DNA of 64,000 nt from Candidatus Latescibacterota bacterium (GTDB lineage: Bacteria; Latescibacterota; UBA2968; GCA-2709665), in assembly GCA_965248435.1 (NCBI GenBank), contig OZ252100.1:4768001-4832000 (forward strand), given 5' to 3'. The position numbers were made by a program, and so were the translations under genes. Below the pieces are notes generated by a model. That model worked only from the letters and a program-made list of their open reading frames with translations. It searched no databases and was not told where the DNA came from. Of the stretch, positions 1-9,962 are shown in pieces; position 1 is the first letter of the stretch; each line of letters opens with the position of its first letter.

Positions 1-1
1 G

Positions 2-1573
2 GCTGCGGCAGAGTACACCGTTTCTCGCACTTACCTGGACTGGCTTGTCAGCCTCCCGTGGAACAGAACGACCGAGGATCACCTTGACGTAGAAGGGGCT
101 CAAAAGATTCTGGACGAGGATCACTTCGGCCTGGAAAAACCCAAGGAGCGCATCCTGGAGTATCTGGCTGTGCGCCGTCTGAAGGAGGACATGCGGGGCC
201 CCATCCTCTGTCTGGTGGGCCCGCCGGGCACCGGCAAGACTTCGCTGGGGAATTCGATCGCTCGGGCAATGGGTCGTAAATTCGCCCGGATTTCACTGGG
301 CGGCGTTCACGACGAATCGGAGATTCGGGGCCACCGACGAACGTATGTAGGCGCGCTTCCGGGGCGAATAATGCAAGGGCTGCGGCGTGCGGAGACGGCC
401 AACCCTGTTTTCATGCTGGATGAGATCGACAAGCTGGGCGCAGACTTCCGCGGGGACCCTTCTGCCGCACTGCTCGAGGTCCCGGACCCCGAACAGAACC
501 ACGGTTTTGTGGATCACTATCTTGACGTCCCGTTCGATCTGTCCAAAGTCATGTTCATCGCGACGGCGAATACCCTTCATACGATTCCCCCGGCCCTGCT
601 CGACAGGATGGAGGTGCTGGAGCTGTCGGGATACACCGACGCCGAAAAGCTGCAGATCGCGAAGCGTTACCTGGTTCCGAAGCAGCTCGAAGCACACGGG
701 CTGAGCGATCGGAAGCTCCAGATCGACGAAGATGCACTTCTGTCCGTCATCCAGCACTACACGCGGGAGGCAGGGCTCCGCAATCTGGAACGAGAGATCG
801 GAACACTCTGCCGAAAGGTGACTCGAAAGTTCGCTCAGGGACGGAGACGAAAGATCAAGGTGCGCGCGAAGGACTTACACGAGCTCCTGGGCGCCGAGCG
901 CTACCGGCACGAAATGATGGAAGAAGAGGACGAGGTCGGCGTCGCGACCGGATTGGCCTGGACACCCGTGGGTGGAGATGCCCTGTTCGTGGAGGCGACT
1001 ACGATGCCCGGAAAGGGCAATCTGAAATTGACCGGGCAGGTGGGCGACGTGATGCGTGAGTCGGTGGAGGCGGCGATGACCTTCGTCAGATCGCGATGGG
1101 AGGAACTCGGTCTGGAAGAATCCTTCAACCGGGAGCGGGATGTCCACATTCACGTGCCTGCCGGCGCGGTGCCGAAGGATGGTCCGTCGGCCGGGGTTAC
1201 GATGGCTACCGTGCTCGCGTCCGCGTTCACGGGGGTGCCCGTCCGGAAGGACGTGGCCATGACTGGCGAGATCACCCTCCGAGGAAAAGTGCTGCCGATC
1301 GGCGGGGTTCGGGACAAGGTGCTGGCCGCTCACCGGTCCGGGATCAAGACCGTGATTCTGCCCGAGGACAACAAGAAAGACCTGGAAGAAGTGCCTGAGA
1401 GCGTGAGGGATGAGCTCAATCTGGTGTTCGCCAAACACGCGGACTGCGTGCTGGACGCGGCTCTGGTCAGACCACCGTCGGGACGCGCACGCGCTGACCT
1501 GATCCGAAGACGGGCCGTCAGGAAACTCAGGGTTCCGTGCGAACCTCCGGTTCCGGCCGCCAGCCCGAACTGA
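2..1573 (+). CDS. lon: ATP-dependent protease La (Lon), 5'-truncated by the window edge
   Basis: Frame open from base 2 ([19 protein letters not shown]...[18 protein letters not shown]). Walker [10 protein letters not shown], Walker B MLDEIDK, catalytic PKDGPSAG and the Lys region GGVRDK. Confidence 0.97.
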   Translation, partial: AAAEYTVSRTYLDWLVSLPWNRTTEDHLDVEGAQKILDEDHFGLEKPKERILEYLAVRRLKEDMRGPILCLVGPPGTGKTSLGNSIARAMGRKFARISLGGVHDESEIRGHRRTYVGALPGRIMQGLRRAETANPVFMLDEIDKLGADFRGDPSAALLEVPDPEQNHGFVDHYLDVPFDLSKVMFIATANTLHTIPPALLDRMEVLELSGYTDAEKLQIAKRYLVPKQLEAHGLSDRKLQIDEDALLSVIQHYTREAGLRNLEREIGTLCRKVTRKFAQGRRRKIKVRAKDLHELLGAERYRHEMMEEEDEVGVATGLAWTPVGGDALFVEATTMPGKGNLKLTGQVGDVMRESVEAAMTFVRSRWEELGLEESFNRERDVHIHVPAGAVPKDGPSAGVTMATVLASAFTGVPVRKDVAMTGEITLRGKVLPIGGVRDKVLAAHRSGIKTVILPEDNKKDLEEVPESVRDELNLVFAKHADCVLDAALVRPPSGRARADLIRRRAVRKLRVPCEPPVPAASPN

Positions 1574-1592
1574 GATTCGGGGTAGCAAAACA

Positions 1593-1630
1593 GGGTACCG
1601 GGAAAGCAAAACACGGGTACCGGGTACCGT
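1593..1630 (+). repeat. Short copy of the 22-bp GGGTACCGGG tandem-repeat family
   Basis: GGGTACCGGG at 1593 and 1615 (period 22). Spacer AAAGCAAAACAC nearly matches AAAGCAGCACAC in the 32691 array. Confidence 0.85.
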
Positions 1631-1651
1631 GAAAGTCAATTAACGCAAACG

Positions 1652-1690
1652 AAAAGCCGAAGTCCGCAACTATGGACTTCGGCTTCTTTA
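1652..1690. terminator. Bidirectional intrinsic terminator between lon and the selenoprotein gene
   Basis: AAGCCGAAGTCC-8 nt-GGACTTCGGCTT perfect stem with T-rich flanks on both strands, between convergent genes. Confidence 0.85.
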
Positions 1691-1708
1691 CTTGATTCTG
1701 TTTCGAAC

Positions 1709-1942
1709 TTATAAACGCTTCTTTATGTGCGGCTGAATCTCATCGTACTCTGGAAACCGCCCCTCCTCCAGCTTCGAGTAGACGAGATTCCCGTCTATGC
1801 TGAACTCGAATTTCCCGCCATCAGATGGCACGAGGGTGAGCGATTCGATGTCCTGCTTGAACTCCTTCAGTATCGATTCCGTCAAACTGACGGCCTGGGG
1901 TTCATAGTTTCACATGGCGCAGTAGATCAACTCGAGCTTCAT
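1709..1942 (-). CDS. SelW/SelT/SelH (Rdx family) selenoprotein, 77 aa, Sec at codon 11
   Basis: Manual translation MKLELIYCAM(U)NYEPQAVSLTESILKEFKQDIESLTLVPSDGGKFEFSIDGNLVYSKLEEGRFPEYDEIQPHIKKRL*. In-frame TGA at 1910-1912 forms CxxU; GGxFE and SK..GRFP Rdx motifs; AGGAGG RBS 7 nt upstream. Confidence 0.92.
1879..1912 (-). promoter_or_regulatory. Bacterial SECIS-like element
   Basis: After the UGA: 16 nt, then hairpin CCGUCA-GUU-UGACGG with G at the start of the apical loop. Confidence 0.75.
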
Positions 1943-1994
1943 TCCTGCACCTCCTTTCCGACCAGCGGCATGGTTCCGGCGTGATTCGACTCAG

Positions 1995-2023
1995 AACCTA
2001 ACACAATCCAGAGGGGATGTCAA
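1995..2023 (-). promoter_or_regulatory. Sigma70-type promoter of the selenoprotein gene
   Basis: TTGACA-17 bp-TAGGTT with extended TG motif, about 50 bp upstream of the ATG. Confidence 0.65.
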
Positions 2024-2037
2024 TTGGTGGCACGGAG

Positions 2038-2064
2038 GGGTGGTGTCCTTTTAGGACACCACCC
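2038..2064. repeat. Perfect palindrome between divergent promoters
   Basis: GGGTGGTGTCCT-TTT-AGGACACCACCC (12-bp arms). Confidence 0.7.
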
Positions 2065-2100
2065 ACGGAGGAGCGATCTGTCTGCGAATCGCGGCGGGAC

Positions 2101-2129
2101 TTGACCCGAATCGGGACCTGCATTAGATT
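2101..2129 (+). promoter_or_regulatory. Sigma70-type promoter of the carboxypeptidase operon
   Basis: TTGACC-17 bp-TAGATT. Confidence 0.5.
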
Positions 2130-2180
2130 GCGGCACGGCGTGCTTTGCAATGTCGGGACTCCTCAAAGAGGGCTGAATAT

Positions 2181-3698
2181 ATGGCATCCAAAAGCAAGAA
2201 GGCCTATGACGAACTGATACGGAGGTCAAAGGAAGTTTCCCTGCTCGGGTCCTGCGCCTCTCTGCTGGGATGGGACGAGCGGACCTACATGCCGAAGGGG
2301 GGTTCGGCGCACCGCGCAGAGCAGTTCGCCCTGCTCGCGGGCATGATTCACGAGCTGGAAACGGCTCCCGAGATAGACGAGCTGCTTTTTGAGGCAGAAG
2401 GAAGCGACCTCGTGAAAGATCCACGTTCCGCGGCGGCCGTCAACGTGCGTGAGATCCGGTGGAGCTACGACCGGAGAGTGAGGCTCCCCAAGAAGCTCGT
2501 GGAGGAACTCGCTCGTGTGACGACTCTGGCTCAACCGGTTTGGGTCGAGGCCCGCGCGGAGTCTGATTTCGAGAAGTTTCGCCCAATACTTGAACAGATC
2601 GTTCAACTGAAGCGGCAAGAGGCGGCAGCGTTGGTGAATGGCGAAGCCACCTACGATGCGCTGCTCGAGGACTATGAACCGGGCGCGACGACAGAGGAGC
2701 TGACCAGGGTTCTGGGCGGACTCCGTGAAGAGCTGGTTCCGCTCGTTAAGGAGATTGTGGACTCTGGGCGCAGACCGGACGCCTCTATCCTCACGAGAGA
2801 TTTTCCCGTGGACCGCCAGGAAGCATTCGGCAAGGCGGCAGCGTCCGCGATCGGGTTCGACTTCGACCGGGGGCGACTGGATGTGACCACGCATCCGTTC
2901 TGCACTGGGATCGGCCCGGGGGATACGCGATTGACGACGCGTTATAACAAGAACCACTTCCCGGAGGCCTTTTTCGGGATTATGCATGAAGCCGGCCACG
3001 GGATCTACGACCAGGGGACCGATGATGAACAGTTCGGGACGCCGATGGGCGAGTCGGTTTCACTCGGCATCCACGAATCACAGTCGAGGATGTGGGAGAA
3101 CTTTGTGGGTCGCAGCACGGGATTCTGGAGCGCATTTTTCCCAAAGGCACAGGAGGCATTTCCCGAAGCCCTGGGAGACGTATCTCAGGATGCGTTCCTT
3201 TTTTCGATCAACTTCGTGAGACCTTCTCTCATCCGCGTGGAGGCCGACGAGGCGACCTACAACCTGCACATCCTCCTCCGCTTTGAACTGGAGCAGGCGT
3301 TGATCTCGGGCGATCTCCCGCCGGGCGATGTCCCAGGGGCCTGGAACGAACGCTTCGAGCGTTATTTTGGGATGAGGCCTCCGGACGATGCGCTGGGGTG
3401 TTTACAGGACATCCACTGGAGTTTCGGCGGCATCGGCTATTTTCCGACTTACTCACTCGGAAACCTGTATGCCGGCCAGTTCTTCGAGCAGGCCCAAGAG
3501 GACCTCGGCGACCTGGAAAGCCAATTCGCGAAGGGGGAGTTTCGGCCTCTGAAGGATTGGCTGACCGAGAAGATCCACAGGCAGGGGATGCGATTTCGGG
3601 CCGCAGATCTCGTGAGGGAGGTGACCGGGAAGCCGTTGAGCCACCGGCCGTTAATGGATCACTTGAAGACGAAGTACTCGCGACTCTACGGAATATAG
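2181..3698 (+). CDS. Carboxypeptidase, family M32
   Basis: HEAGH zinc motif, GIHESQS, HPF, IRVEADE, GCLQDIHW, GYFPTY. Start placed at ATG 2181. Confidence 0.95.
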   Translation: MASKSKKAYDELIRRSKEVSLLGSCASLLGWDERTYMPKGGSAHRAEQFALLAGMIHELETAPEIDELLFEAEGSDLVKDPRSAAAVNVREIRWSYDRRVRLPKKLVEELARVTTLAQPVWVEARAESDFEKFRPILEQIVQLKRQEAAALVNGEATYDALLEDYEPGATTEELTRVLGGLREELVPLVKEIVDSGRRPDASILTRDFPVDRQEAFGKAAASAIGFDFDRGRLDVTTHPFCTGIGPGDTRLTTRYNKNHFPEAFFGIMHEAGHGIYDQGTDDEQFGTPMGESVSLGIHESQSRMWENFVGRSTGFWSAFFPKAQEAFPEALGDVSQDAFLFSINFVRPSLIRVEADEATYNLHILLRFELEQALISGDLPPGDVPGAWNERFERYFGMRPPDDALGCLQDIHWSFGGIGYFPTYSLGNLYAGQFFEQAQEDLGDLESQFAKGEFRPLKDWLTEKIHRQGMRFRAADLVREVTGKPLSHRPLMDHLKTKYSRLYGI

Positions 3699-3699
3699 C

Positions 3700-4647
3700 T
3701 TGGGCGCTTTGCCCGTCATTCTGGATGTAGATCCGGGCGTGGACGACGCATTGGCCTTGATGCTGGCCCTGGCGTCGCCCGAGGTGGAGCTGGTCGGGGT
3801 TTCGACCGTGAGTGGGAACGTGCCCGTGGAAGTCGGGACGCGGAACGCCCTCAGGCTCCTGGATTTTTTGGACCGGGGTGACATCCCCGTCTTCAAGGGC
3901 GCCGAAAAGCCTCTGACCGCCGATCCATGTTATGCTACCGAAGTGCACGGGCCCGAGGGGCTCGGAGAGGCAGTCCTTCCCGAAGCAAAAGGGCACCCTC
4001 GCGGCGACGGGGTTTCGTTCCTGGTCGAGGCGCTCGACAGCAGCCCAGGAGAGGTGACTCTGGTCGCGACCGGTCCGCTGACGAATCTGGCGCTTGCGAA
4101 TCGAAAGAGGCCGGGAATTCTGGCGCGGGCAAAAGAGGTGATCGTGATGGGCGGTGCGATCGGCGCGCCTGGAAACGTGACGCCGACGGCCGAGTTCAAC
4201 TTCTACGTGGATCCGCACGCTGCGCAGGAGGTGATCGCTTCGGCCGCATCCATCAGCCTGGTGACACTCGACACGACCCGACAGGTCGCACTGCGAGAAG
4301 ATGTGATTCGAGATCGCATCTCGCCAATCGGAACCGGGAAGGCGGAGTTCGTTGAAATGGCCACCCGAACGGCGATCGACTTCGGAAAACGCCTCACCGG
4401 CGAATCGGGGATATATCTTCACGATCCGCTCGCGGTGGGCCTTGCACTCGCACCTTCGTTCTTCGGGCTCGCTCCGCTCTTCGTGGATGTAGAAACAGTG
4501 GGTGGTCTGACGCGAGGTCAGCTCGTAACTGATATGAGGCCGTTTCGAGATGAGGTAAGCCGCGAGGGACACCGGGTGGAATGCGTGGCCGAGGTGGATT
4601 CTGAGGGCTTTCTGGAGTTCTTTCTGTCGAGGGTACTCGAAGCGTGA
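3700..4647 (+). CDS. Inosine/uridine-preferring nucleoside hydrolase
   Basis: DVDPGVDD, TGPLTNLA, AEFNFYVDPHAA and HDP motifs. Confidence 0.93.
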   Translation: MGALPVILDVDPGVDDALALMLALASPEVELVGVSTVSGNVPVEVGTRNALRLLDFLDRGDIPVFKGAEKPLTADPCYATEVHGPEGLGEAVLPEAKGHPRGDGVSFLVEALDSSPGEVTLVATGPLTNLALANRKRPGILARAKEVIVMGGAIGAPGNVTPTAEFNFYVDPHAAQEVIASAASISLVTLDTTRQVALREDVIRDRISPIGTGKAEFVEMATRTAIDFGKRLTGESGIYLHDPLAVGLALAPSFFGLAPLFVDVETVGGLTRGQLVTDMRPFRDEVSREGHRVECVAEVDSEGFLEFFLSRVLEA

Positions 4648-4690
4648 TTCGACCGCGGATTGCGGATTGGCGCTTGTGGAGGGTCCTGGT

Positions 4691-5440
4691 TTGAAGGCGA
4701 TTATTCTTGGCGCCGGCCGGGGTCAGAGGCTGATGCCGCACACGGATGGATGTCCGAAATGTTTTATAGAGGTAGAGGGCCGGCGGCTGTTGGACTGGGG
4801 ATTAGAGGCGTTGAATGCTGTCGGACTCGATGTTGTCTTCGTAGGCGGCTACCTTGTAGAAAAGGTAGAGGAGGCCTACCCCGAGTTAACCTACTGCTAC
4901 AATGCCGACTGGCGGGACACGAATATTCTGTTTTCCCTGATGCAGGCCGAACCTTACATGGGGGAGGGGTTCGTCTGTGCCTATGCCGACATCCTTTACC
5001 GTCCAGGGATTCTTCGAGCATTGATGAAGAGCCCGCACGAAATCACCCTTGCTTGTGATACGGCGTGGAGGAAGCGATACGCACTACGGACAGAACATCC
5101 GGAAGAGGATGCCGAGAAGATGACCGCCGAAGGCGACAGGGTCATTCGGATCGCCCGGGACATACCGAATGACGTCGCCCGCGGGGAATATATCGGGGTC
5201 GCTCGATTCGCGGCTGAAGGTGCTGAGGCGCTGCGCGACGCCTATCACCACGCAAGGGCAACATACGATGGCCATCCATTTCGGTCTGCCGCGATGTTCA
5301 AAAAAGCCTACTTGATCGACCTCTTCCAGGAGATGATAGACGATGGCGCGGAGATGCATCTTGTGGAAACTGAAGGTGGATATTTCGAGATTGATACGAA
5401 CCAGGATTACGAGATCGCGAGACGCGAGTGGACTCGATGA
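4691..5440 (+). CDS. NTP transferase, LicC/phosphocholine- or phosphonate-cytidylyltransferase-like
   Basis: KAIILGAGRGQRL...PKC N-terminus, EIDT.QDY C-terminus. TTG start with GGAGG. Confidence 0.8.
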   Translation: MKAIILGAGRGQRLMPHTDGCPKCFIEVEGRRLLDWGLEALNAVGLDVVFVGGYLVEKVEEAYPELTYCYNADWRDTNILFSLMQAEPYMGEGFVCAYADILYRPGILRALMKSPHEITLACDTAWRKRYALRTEHPEEDAEKMTAEGDRVIRIARDIPNDVARGEYIGVARFAAEGAEALRDAYHHARATYDGHPFRSAAMFKKAYLIDLFQEMIDDGAEMHLVETEGGYFEIDTNQDYEIARREWTR

Positions 5441-6507
5441 AAAGTGACCTGCCACTTTTTCCGGCGAGCGTTGTGGGGAGTATGCCAAGGACCCAGTTCG
5501 TACGCGACCTGCTCGACCCAGAAACGGCCGAAGCCGATCCCGATTCAACTTCAAGATGGATGGATGCGGCGGTCGATCAGATTGTCGCGCTGCAGGAGGC
5601 GGCCGGTCTTGATATCGTTTCCGATGGTGAGTACAGGCGGCGGTCGTATATCGGGATTATCGCGGATGTTGCAGACGGGTTCGTCCTCGAACGGAGGAAC
5701 GGACTGTGGTGGCATACGGTTGTGGACAGATTGGAGCCGGAACGGCCGGGACTTGCCGCAGATGAGGCACGCTACCTAAAGGGACGTACGTCTCGGAAGA
5801 TAAAGGTTTGCCTGCCCTCGCCCTACCTTCTTGGAAGGCGAATGTGGGATCCAGAGCGCTCGATCGGGGCCTATCGCACTCGGCAGGCCTTCATGGAATC
5901 CCTGATTCCGATCCTGAGGACGGAACTGGAGCTCCTGAAGGGTGCAGGGGCGGAAATCGTACAGTTCGACGACCCTCACCTCTGCCTGTTCGTGGACGAA
6001 AAGATTCGTGCGGATTTTGAGGATCCCGAAAGGGAGATGGACCTCTGTGTCGACCTGCTAAATCAGATCCTGGACGGTGTGGATGGCATCACCAAGGCAA
6101 TTCACCTCTGCAGGCGCAATAAAGGACGGGCCGGATGGGTCGGTGAAGGCGGTTACGAGCCTATTCTACCCGCGCTGAAACGACTCAAGGTCGATCAGTA
6201 CGTCATGGAGTTTACGATTCCCGTTGCAGGAGACCTGTCTGCGTTGGAGGGACTGCCTGAGGATTGCCAGGTAGGTCTGGGATGCGTGGACTGCCGGGGT
6301 GAAAAGATCGACGCTGTTGAAAAGATCGTCGAACGCGTGGAGCAGGCCCTGGTCTACCTTAGACCTGAGCAGATTGTTTTGAATCCTGATTGCGGGTTCG
6401 CCCCCGGGAGCGCCGCCGATATTCCGGTCGACGAGGCATATGCCAAGCTGTGCAACGAGGCGAAGGCTGCTGAGGTGCTCAGGGAGAAATATGGTAGGGG
6501 GAATTAG
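5437..6507 (+). CDS. Cobalamin-independent methionine synthase II family (MetE C-terminal-like) protein
   Basis: VGSMPR, SDGEYRR, zinc ligands HLC...E...PDCG. ATGA overlap with the upstream gene. Confidence 0.88.
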   Translation: MKSDLPLFPASVVGSMPRTQFVRDLLDPETAEADPDSTSRWMDAAVDQIVALQEAAGLDIVSDGEYRRRSYIGIIADVADGFVLERRNGLWWHTVVDRLEPERPGLAADEARYLKGRTSRKIKVCLPSPYLLGRRMWDPERSIGAYRTRQAFMESLIPILRTELELLKGAGAEIVQFDDPHLCLFVDEKIRADFEDPEREMDLCVDLLNQILDGVDGITKAIHLCRRNKGRAGWVGEGGYEPILPALKRLKVDQYVMEFTIPVAGDLSALEGLPEDCQVGLGCVDCRGEKIDAVEKIVERVEQALVYLRPEQIVLNPDCGFAPGSAADIPVDEAYAKLCNEAKAAEVLREKYGRGN

Positions 6508-6527
6508 AGATCAGGATCCCAGAGGGT

Positions 6528-7487
6528 CTAAGGTTTTGACCGCATACGAAGGTAGCTGGAATAGCGACGGCGACTGATCTGGCCTTCCTCTACCCCTTCC
6601 TTGATTGCACACTCCGGTTCGTGGACATGAGAACAGTCTCTGAACCGACACTGGCCCAGCAGGGGTCCAAATTCCTGAAAGAGGAGCGGGACGTCTTCCT
6701 GTTGTATGTCCCAAAGGGAGAACTCGCGCGCTCCGGGAAGGTCTCCTGCGAACCCGTTTTCGGTTACTTCGAACAGTTCGGTGTGAGTGGTCGTGTGACG
6801 CCCTTCTCGGGTCGTCTTGCTGATCTCGGCGGTCCTGAGCTCGAGCCCCGGCTGGATCCAGTTGAGGAGGCTGGATTTTCCGGTTCCGGACGGACCCATC
6901 AGGAGCGAAATGCGGTCCTTCAGTAGATCCTGGAACGGCTCCTTCCCCTGGTCCGAAATCACGCTCGTATAGACAACACGGTATCCAACCTGCTCATACA
7001 TGGCCATGGTCTCTTTTGCTGTTTCAGCAAGATCGATTTTGTTGAAGCAGACCACGGCCGGCACGGATTGCCACTCAGCGATGCCCAGCATGCGATCCAG
7101 AAGATCAAGATCAGCAGGGGGATCGTCGGCAGAGAAGACTGGAATGAGTTGATCGACATTTGCTGCGAGGATTTGTTCTTTGCGCGAAGTGCCTGATGCC
7201 CTGCGGGAGATCTTGTTTCGACGAGGAAGCACCTCGTGAATCATGCCGGTTCCGCCTTCGCCTTCCTCAAAGTGGACACGGTCTCCAACGGCCACCGGAT
7301 CTACGACACGTACAGAGCGGACGGACTCAACGCGTCGTCGCCGGGAACCCGGGCTGGCTTCCGGGTACTGCAACTGCTTGCGCAGAAGGGTGGAGAGGGC
7401 ACAGTCGATAACTTGCGAGTTGGCAGAAACGAAATAATGTCCCAAGTTTTGACGAATAACGGTGCCTTCACGATCGGACTTCTCCAT
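6528..7487 (-). CDS. rsgA: Ribosome small subunit-dependent GTPase A
   Basis: OB fold, circularly permuted GTPase (NKID, GPSGTGKSS, GRHTTT) and zinc knuckle CRFRDCSHVHEPEC. Confidence 0.95.
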   Translation of the reverse strand: MEKSDREGTVIRQNLGHYFVSANSQVIDCALSTLLRKQLQYPEASPGSRRRRVESVRSVRVVDPVAVGDRVHFEEGEGGTGMIHEVLPRRNKISRRASGTSRKEQILAANVDQLIPVFSADDPPADLDLLDRMLGIAEWQSVPAVVCFNKIDLAETAKETMAMYEQVGYRVVYTSVISDQGKEPFQDLLKDRISLLMGPSGTGKSSLLNWIQPGLELRTAEISKTTREGRHTTTHTELFEVTENGFAGDLPGAREFSLWDIQQEDVPLLFQEFGPLLGQCRFRDCSHVHEPECAIKEGVEEGQISRRRYSSYLRMRSKP

Positions 7488-7507
7488 GCTCTGCCTGCAG
7501 CCTGTTG

Positions 7508-8584
7508 TCAGATGATTTCGACCTTACTGTCGTCTCCCAACATAAAGCGAAATGCGGCCGGCTTGGACGCTACCCGAACGATCTCGGAGTTACAGCCTAT
7601 AATGGCATCGGCGATTCGTGACCCGAGGTTGAGCACGCGACCACCGTCCATAATGATGGAGTGTTCGATTTCGGAGCCAACGATTTCAACCCCTTTGCCG
7701 ATCGTGGTGTATGGCCCCACGTAGGCATCCTGCAGCCGACAGTTGGCGCCGATTACAGCCGGACCGCGAATGATGCAGTTCTCCACTTGAGTCCCTTCGC
7801 CGATGTGTACTCTGCCGGTCACTCGGGATGAGGGGCCGATTTCCACATCGGGAGCAATAACCTGTTCTGCAAGCTCGTCTAAAATGATCTGATTGGCCTC
7901 CAACATATCGTCCTTTTTTCCCGTATCCAGCCACCACTCGGTGATGATGTTCGATCCGACTTTTGCTCCGGAGTCCAGGAGCTTCTGGATCGCATCTGTG
8001 ATTTCATACTCACCGCGACTCGACGGCTGAAGCGTTTCGATGGCTTCGTGAACTTTGTTGCTGAAAACGTAGACACCCACGAGCGCAAGGTTTGAACGCG
8101 GCGTCTCCGGCTTCTCCTCAAAATGGACCACACGACCCTCGCCGTCCAATTCGGCGACACCAAAATTGCGTGGATCTTCGACTTCTTTCAATTGGATGAG
8201 CGCGTCCAACTTTTCTTCTTCAAATTGGTGAACCAGTTCCGCCACCTCGTGTTTGATCAGGTTGTCCCCGAGGTACATCACGAAAGGTCCGTTTTGTAGA
8301 TAATCCCGAGAGAGTTTGACAGCGTGTGCAAGACCGAGGGGTTGATCCTGTGGAATGTAAGTAAAGTCGGCGCCCCATCGCGATCCATCGCCGAGCGCTT
8401 GCTTGACCTCCTCGCCCGTATCGCCAACCACAATTCCAATTTCCTTAATACCGGCGCGGATTATGGATTCGATGCCGTAGGCCACGATCAGTTTGTTGGC
8501 GATGGGTACGAGCTGTTTCGCTCGCGTATAGGTGATAGGCCTTAGCCTGGTTCCTTTTCCTCCACATAGAATAAGGGCCTTCAT
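7508..8584 (-). CDS. rmlA: Glucose-1-phosphate thymidylyltransferase, long form
   Basis: GGKGTRLRPIT..AKQL, LGLAHAV, RGEYEITD, WLDTG, C-terminal hexapeptide repeats. Confidence 0.9.
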   Translation of the reverse strand: MKALILCGGKGTRLRPITYTRAKQLVPIANKLIVAYGIESIIRAGIKEIGIVVGDTGEEVKQALGDGSRWGADFTYIPQDQPLGLAHAVKLSRDYLQNGPFVMYLGDNLIKHEVAELVHQFEEEKLDALIQLKEVEDPRNFGVAELDGEGRVVHFEEKPETPRSNLALVGVYVFSNKVHEAIETLQPSSRGEYEITDAIQKLLDSGAKVGSNIITEWWLDTGKKDDMLEANQIILDELAEQVIAPDVEIGPSSRVTGRVHIGEGTQVENCIIRGPAVIGANCRLQDAYVGPYTTIGKGVEIVGSEIEHSIIMDGGRVLNLGSRIADAIIGCNSEIVRVASKPAAFRFMLGDDSKVEII

Positions 8585-8684
8585 CACATTGCGCTCCATT
8601 GACCAGAAGGAAGTTCCCGACACCGAATTTCGAAAATAGCGGTGTCTTTATTCTTTGTCAAGGACTTTGGATCAGCGCGGCGCC

Positions 8685-8713
8685 TTGACTTATATTAAGC
8701 GTTGTCGTATAAG
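8685..8713 (+). promoter_or_regulatory. Sigma70-type promoter for the MscS gene
   Basis: TTGACT-17 bp-TATAAG. Confidence 0.5.
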
Positions 8714-8758
8714 TCAATTCACGGCGTTGGCCCACATTCAGAAGGAGTTTTATTAGAG

Positions 8759-9868
8759 ATGGATGGCGTAAAGATCCTAATCGAACAAGCGATAAACAAG
8801 ATTTCTCTTTCTCAAGCTTTTGTGGCCTTTGTCTTCTTGCTCGGTGCTCTGGTTTTGCGCAAGGTGTCAATAGTCGTTCTGAATCGATATGCTCGCCGAA
8901 TCGTGAAGCTGAGCCGTACCGAGATTGACGACCTCCTGCTAAAGGCTTTGGAAAAGCCGCTGGCCCAGGGAATACTCCTTCTGGGTTTCTATCTTGCCGC
9001 GAGGAGTTTCTCCCTTCCCCCAAGACTCAGTGCTGGCGTTGACACAGCGTTTTCGATACTGCTTTCGGTCTTGATCTCCTGGCTGATGCTTCGGATGGTT
9101 GGTGTGCTCACTCATATTCTTCACGGGTGGGCAAAGAGCACCGATACTGCTTTGGACGATCAGCTGGTGCCTCTCGTGAACCGGGCAGCGCGTGTCGCAG
9201 TTGGTATGCTGGCTGCGCTGCTGATTCTTCAGAACATGGGATATTCGATTTCAGGTCTTATCGCAGGTCTAGGAGTAGGCGGTCTTGCAGTAGCGCTTGC
9301 GGCACAGAAGACGATCTCGGATCTTTTCGGCTCTGTTATGCTGTTGTCGGATCGGCCGTTTCTCGTTGGGGACTGGATCAAATCTCCGGATGCGAACATC
9401 GAGGGCGTTGTTGAGCGCATCGGTTTCAGGAGCACTCGCATTCGCACTTTCGAAAAAACCTTGATTTCGGTCCCAAACAGCCGCCTGGCAGATTTTATTA
9501 TCGATAATATCGCTCGAAGACCCTTGCGACGGGTCTGGATTACGGTAGGACTCACATACGACACGACTTCCGTTATGCTACGAGAGGCCGTTAAAGGCAT
9601 CGAAGATGTTCTCAAAGAAAATCAGGAGGTCAATCAGGAGTTTTTCCTCGTCTATTTTACAGACTTCGGATCGAGCTCTCTAGATATCATGGTCTACTAC
9701 TTTACAAATACAACTGTTTGGGCCGATCATTTGCGCATCCGAGGGGAAGTTAATATAGAGATTATGGAAATGTTGGAAGACATGGGACTTTCCATCGCAT
9801 TTCCTACTCGGACGGTACATCTTGTTGAGAATGATGAAAAAGCGGCGTCTGACAAGGCATCAGAATAG
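8759..9868 (+). CDS. Small-conductance mechanosensitive channel (MscS family)
   Basis: GLGVGGLAVALAAQ, RPFLVGDWI, GVVERIGFRSTRIR, IAFPT. Confidence 0.93.
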   Translation: MDGVKILIEQAINKISLSQAFVAFVFLLGALVLRKVSIVVLNRYARRIVKLSRTEIDDLLLKALEKPLAQGILLLGFYLAARSFSLPPRLSAGVDTAFSILLSVLISWLMLRMVGVLTHILHGWAKSTDTALDDQLVPLVNRAARVAVGMLAALLILQNMGYSISGLIAGLGVGGLAVALAAQKTISDLFGSVMLLSDRPFLVGDWIKSPDANIEGVVERIGFRSTRIRTFEKTLISVPNSRLADFIIDNIARRPLRRVWITVGLTYDTTSVMLREAVKGIEDVLKENQEVNQEFFLVYFTDFGSSSLDIMVYYFTNTTVWADHLRIRGEVNIEIMEMLEDMGLSIAFPTRTVHLVENDEKAASDKASE

Positions 9869-9962
9869 AGGATTCGAAATATTCTCCAGTTGACTTTTGG
9901 ATTTTTATCCATATTTTTTTCTTATCAGAACGTTGCCAAAGAGTCCGTCGTAGAGGACTGGA

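Noticed and set aside
1727-1984. 85-aa + strand ORF in the ORF track
   Set aside because: Antisense shadow of the selenoprotein gene; no RBS or motif, and the regulatory signals are on the minus strand.
3229-4572. Long antisense ORFs (this one and e.g. 19838-20731, 33888-34706, 35504-36451)
   Set aside because: They fully overlap well-supported genes on the other strand, as expected in GC-rich DNA, and show no motifs.
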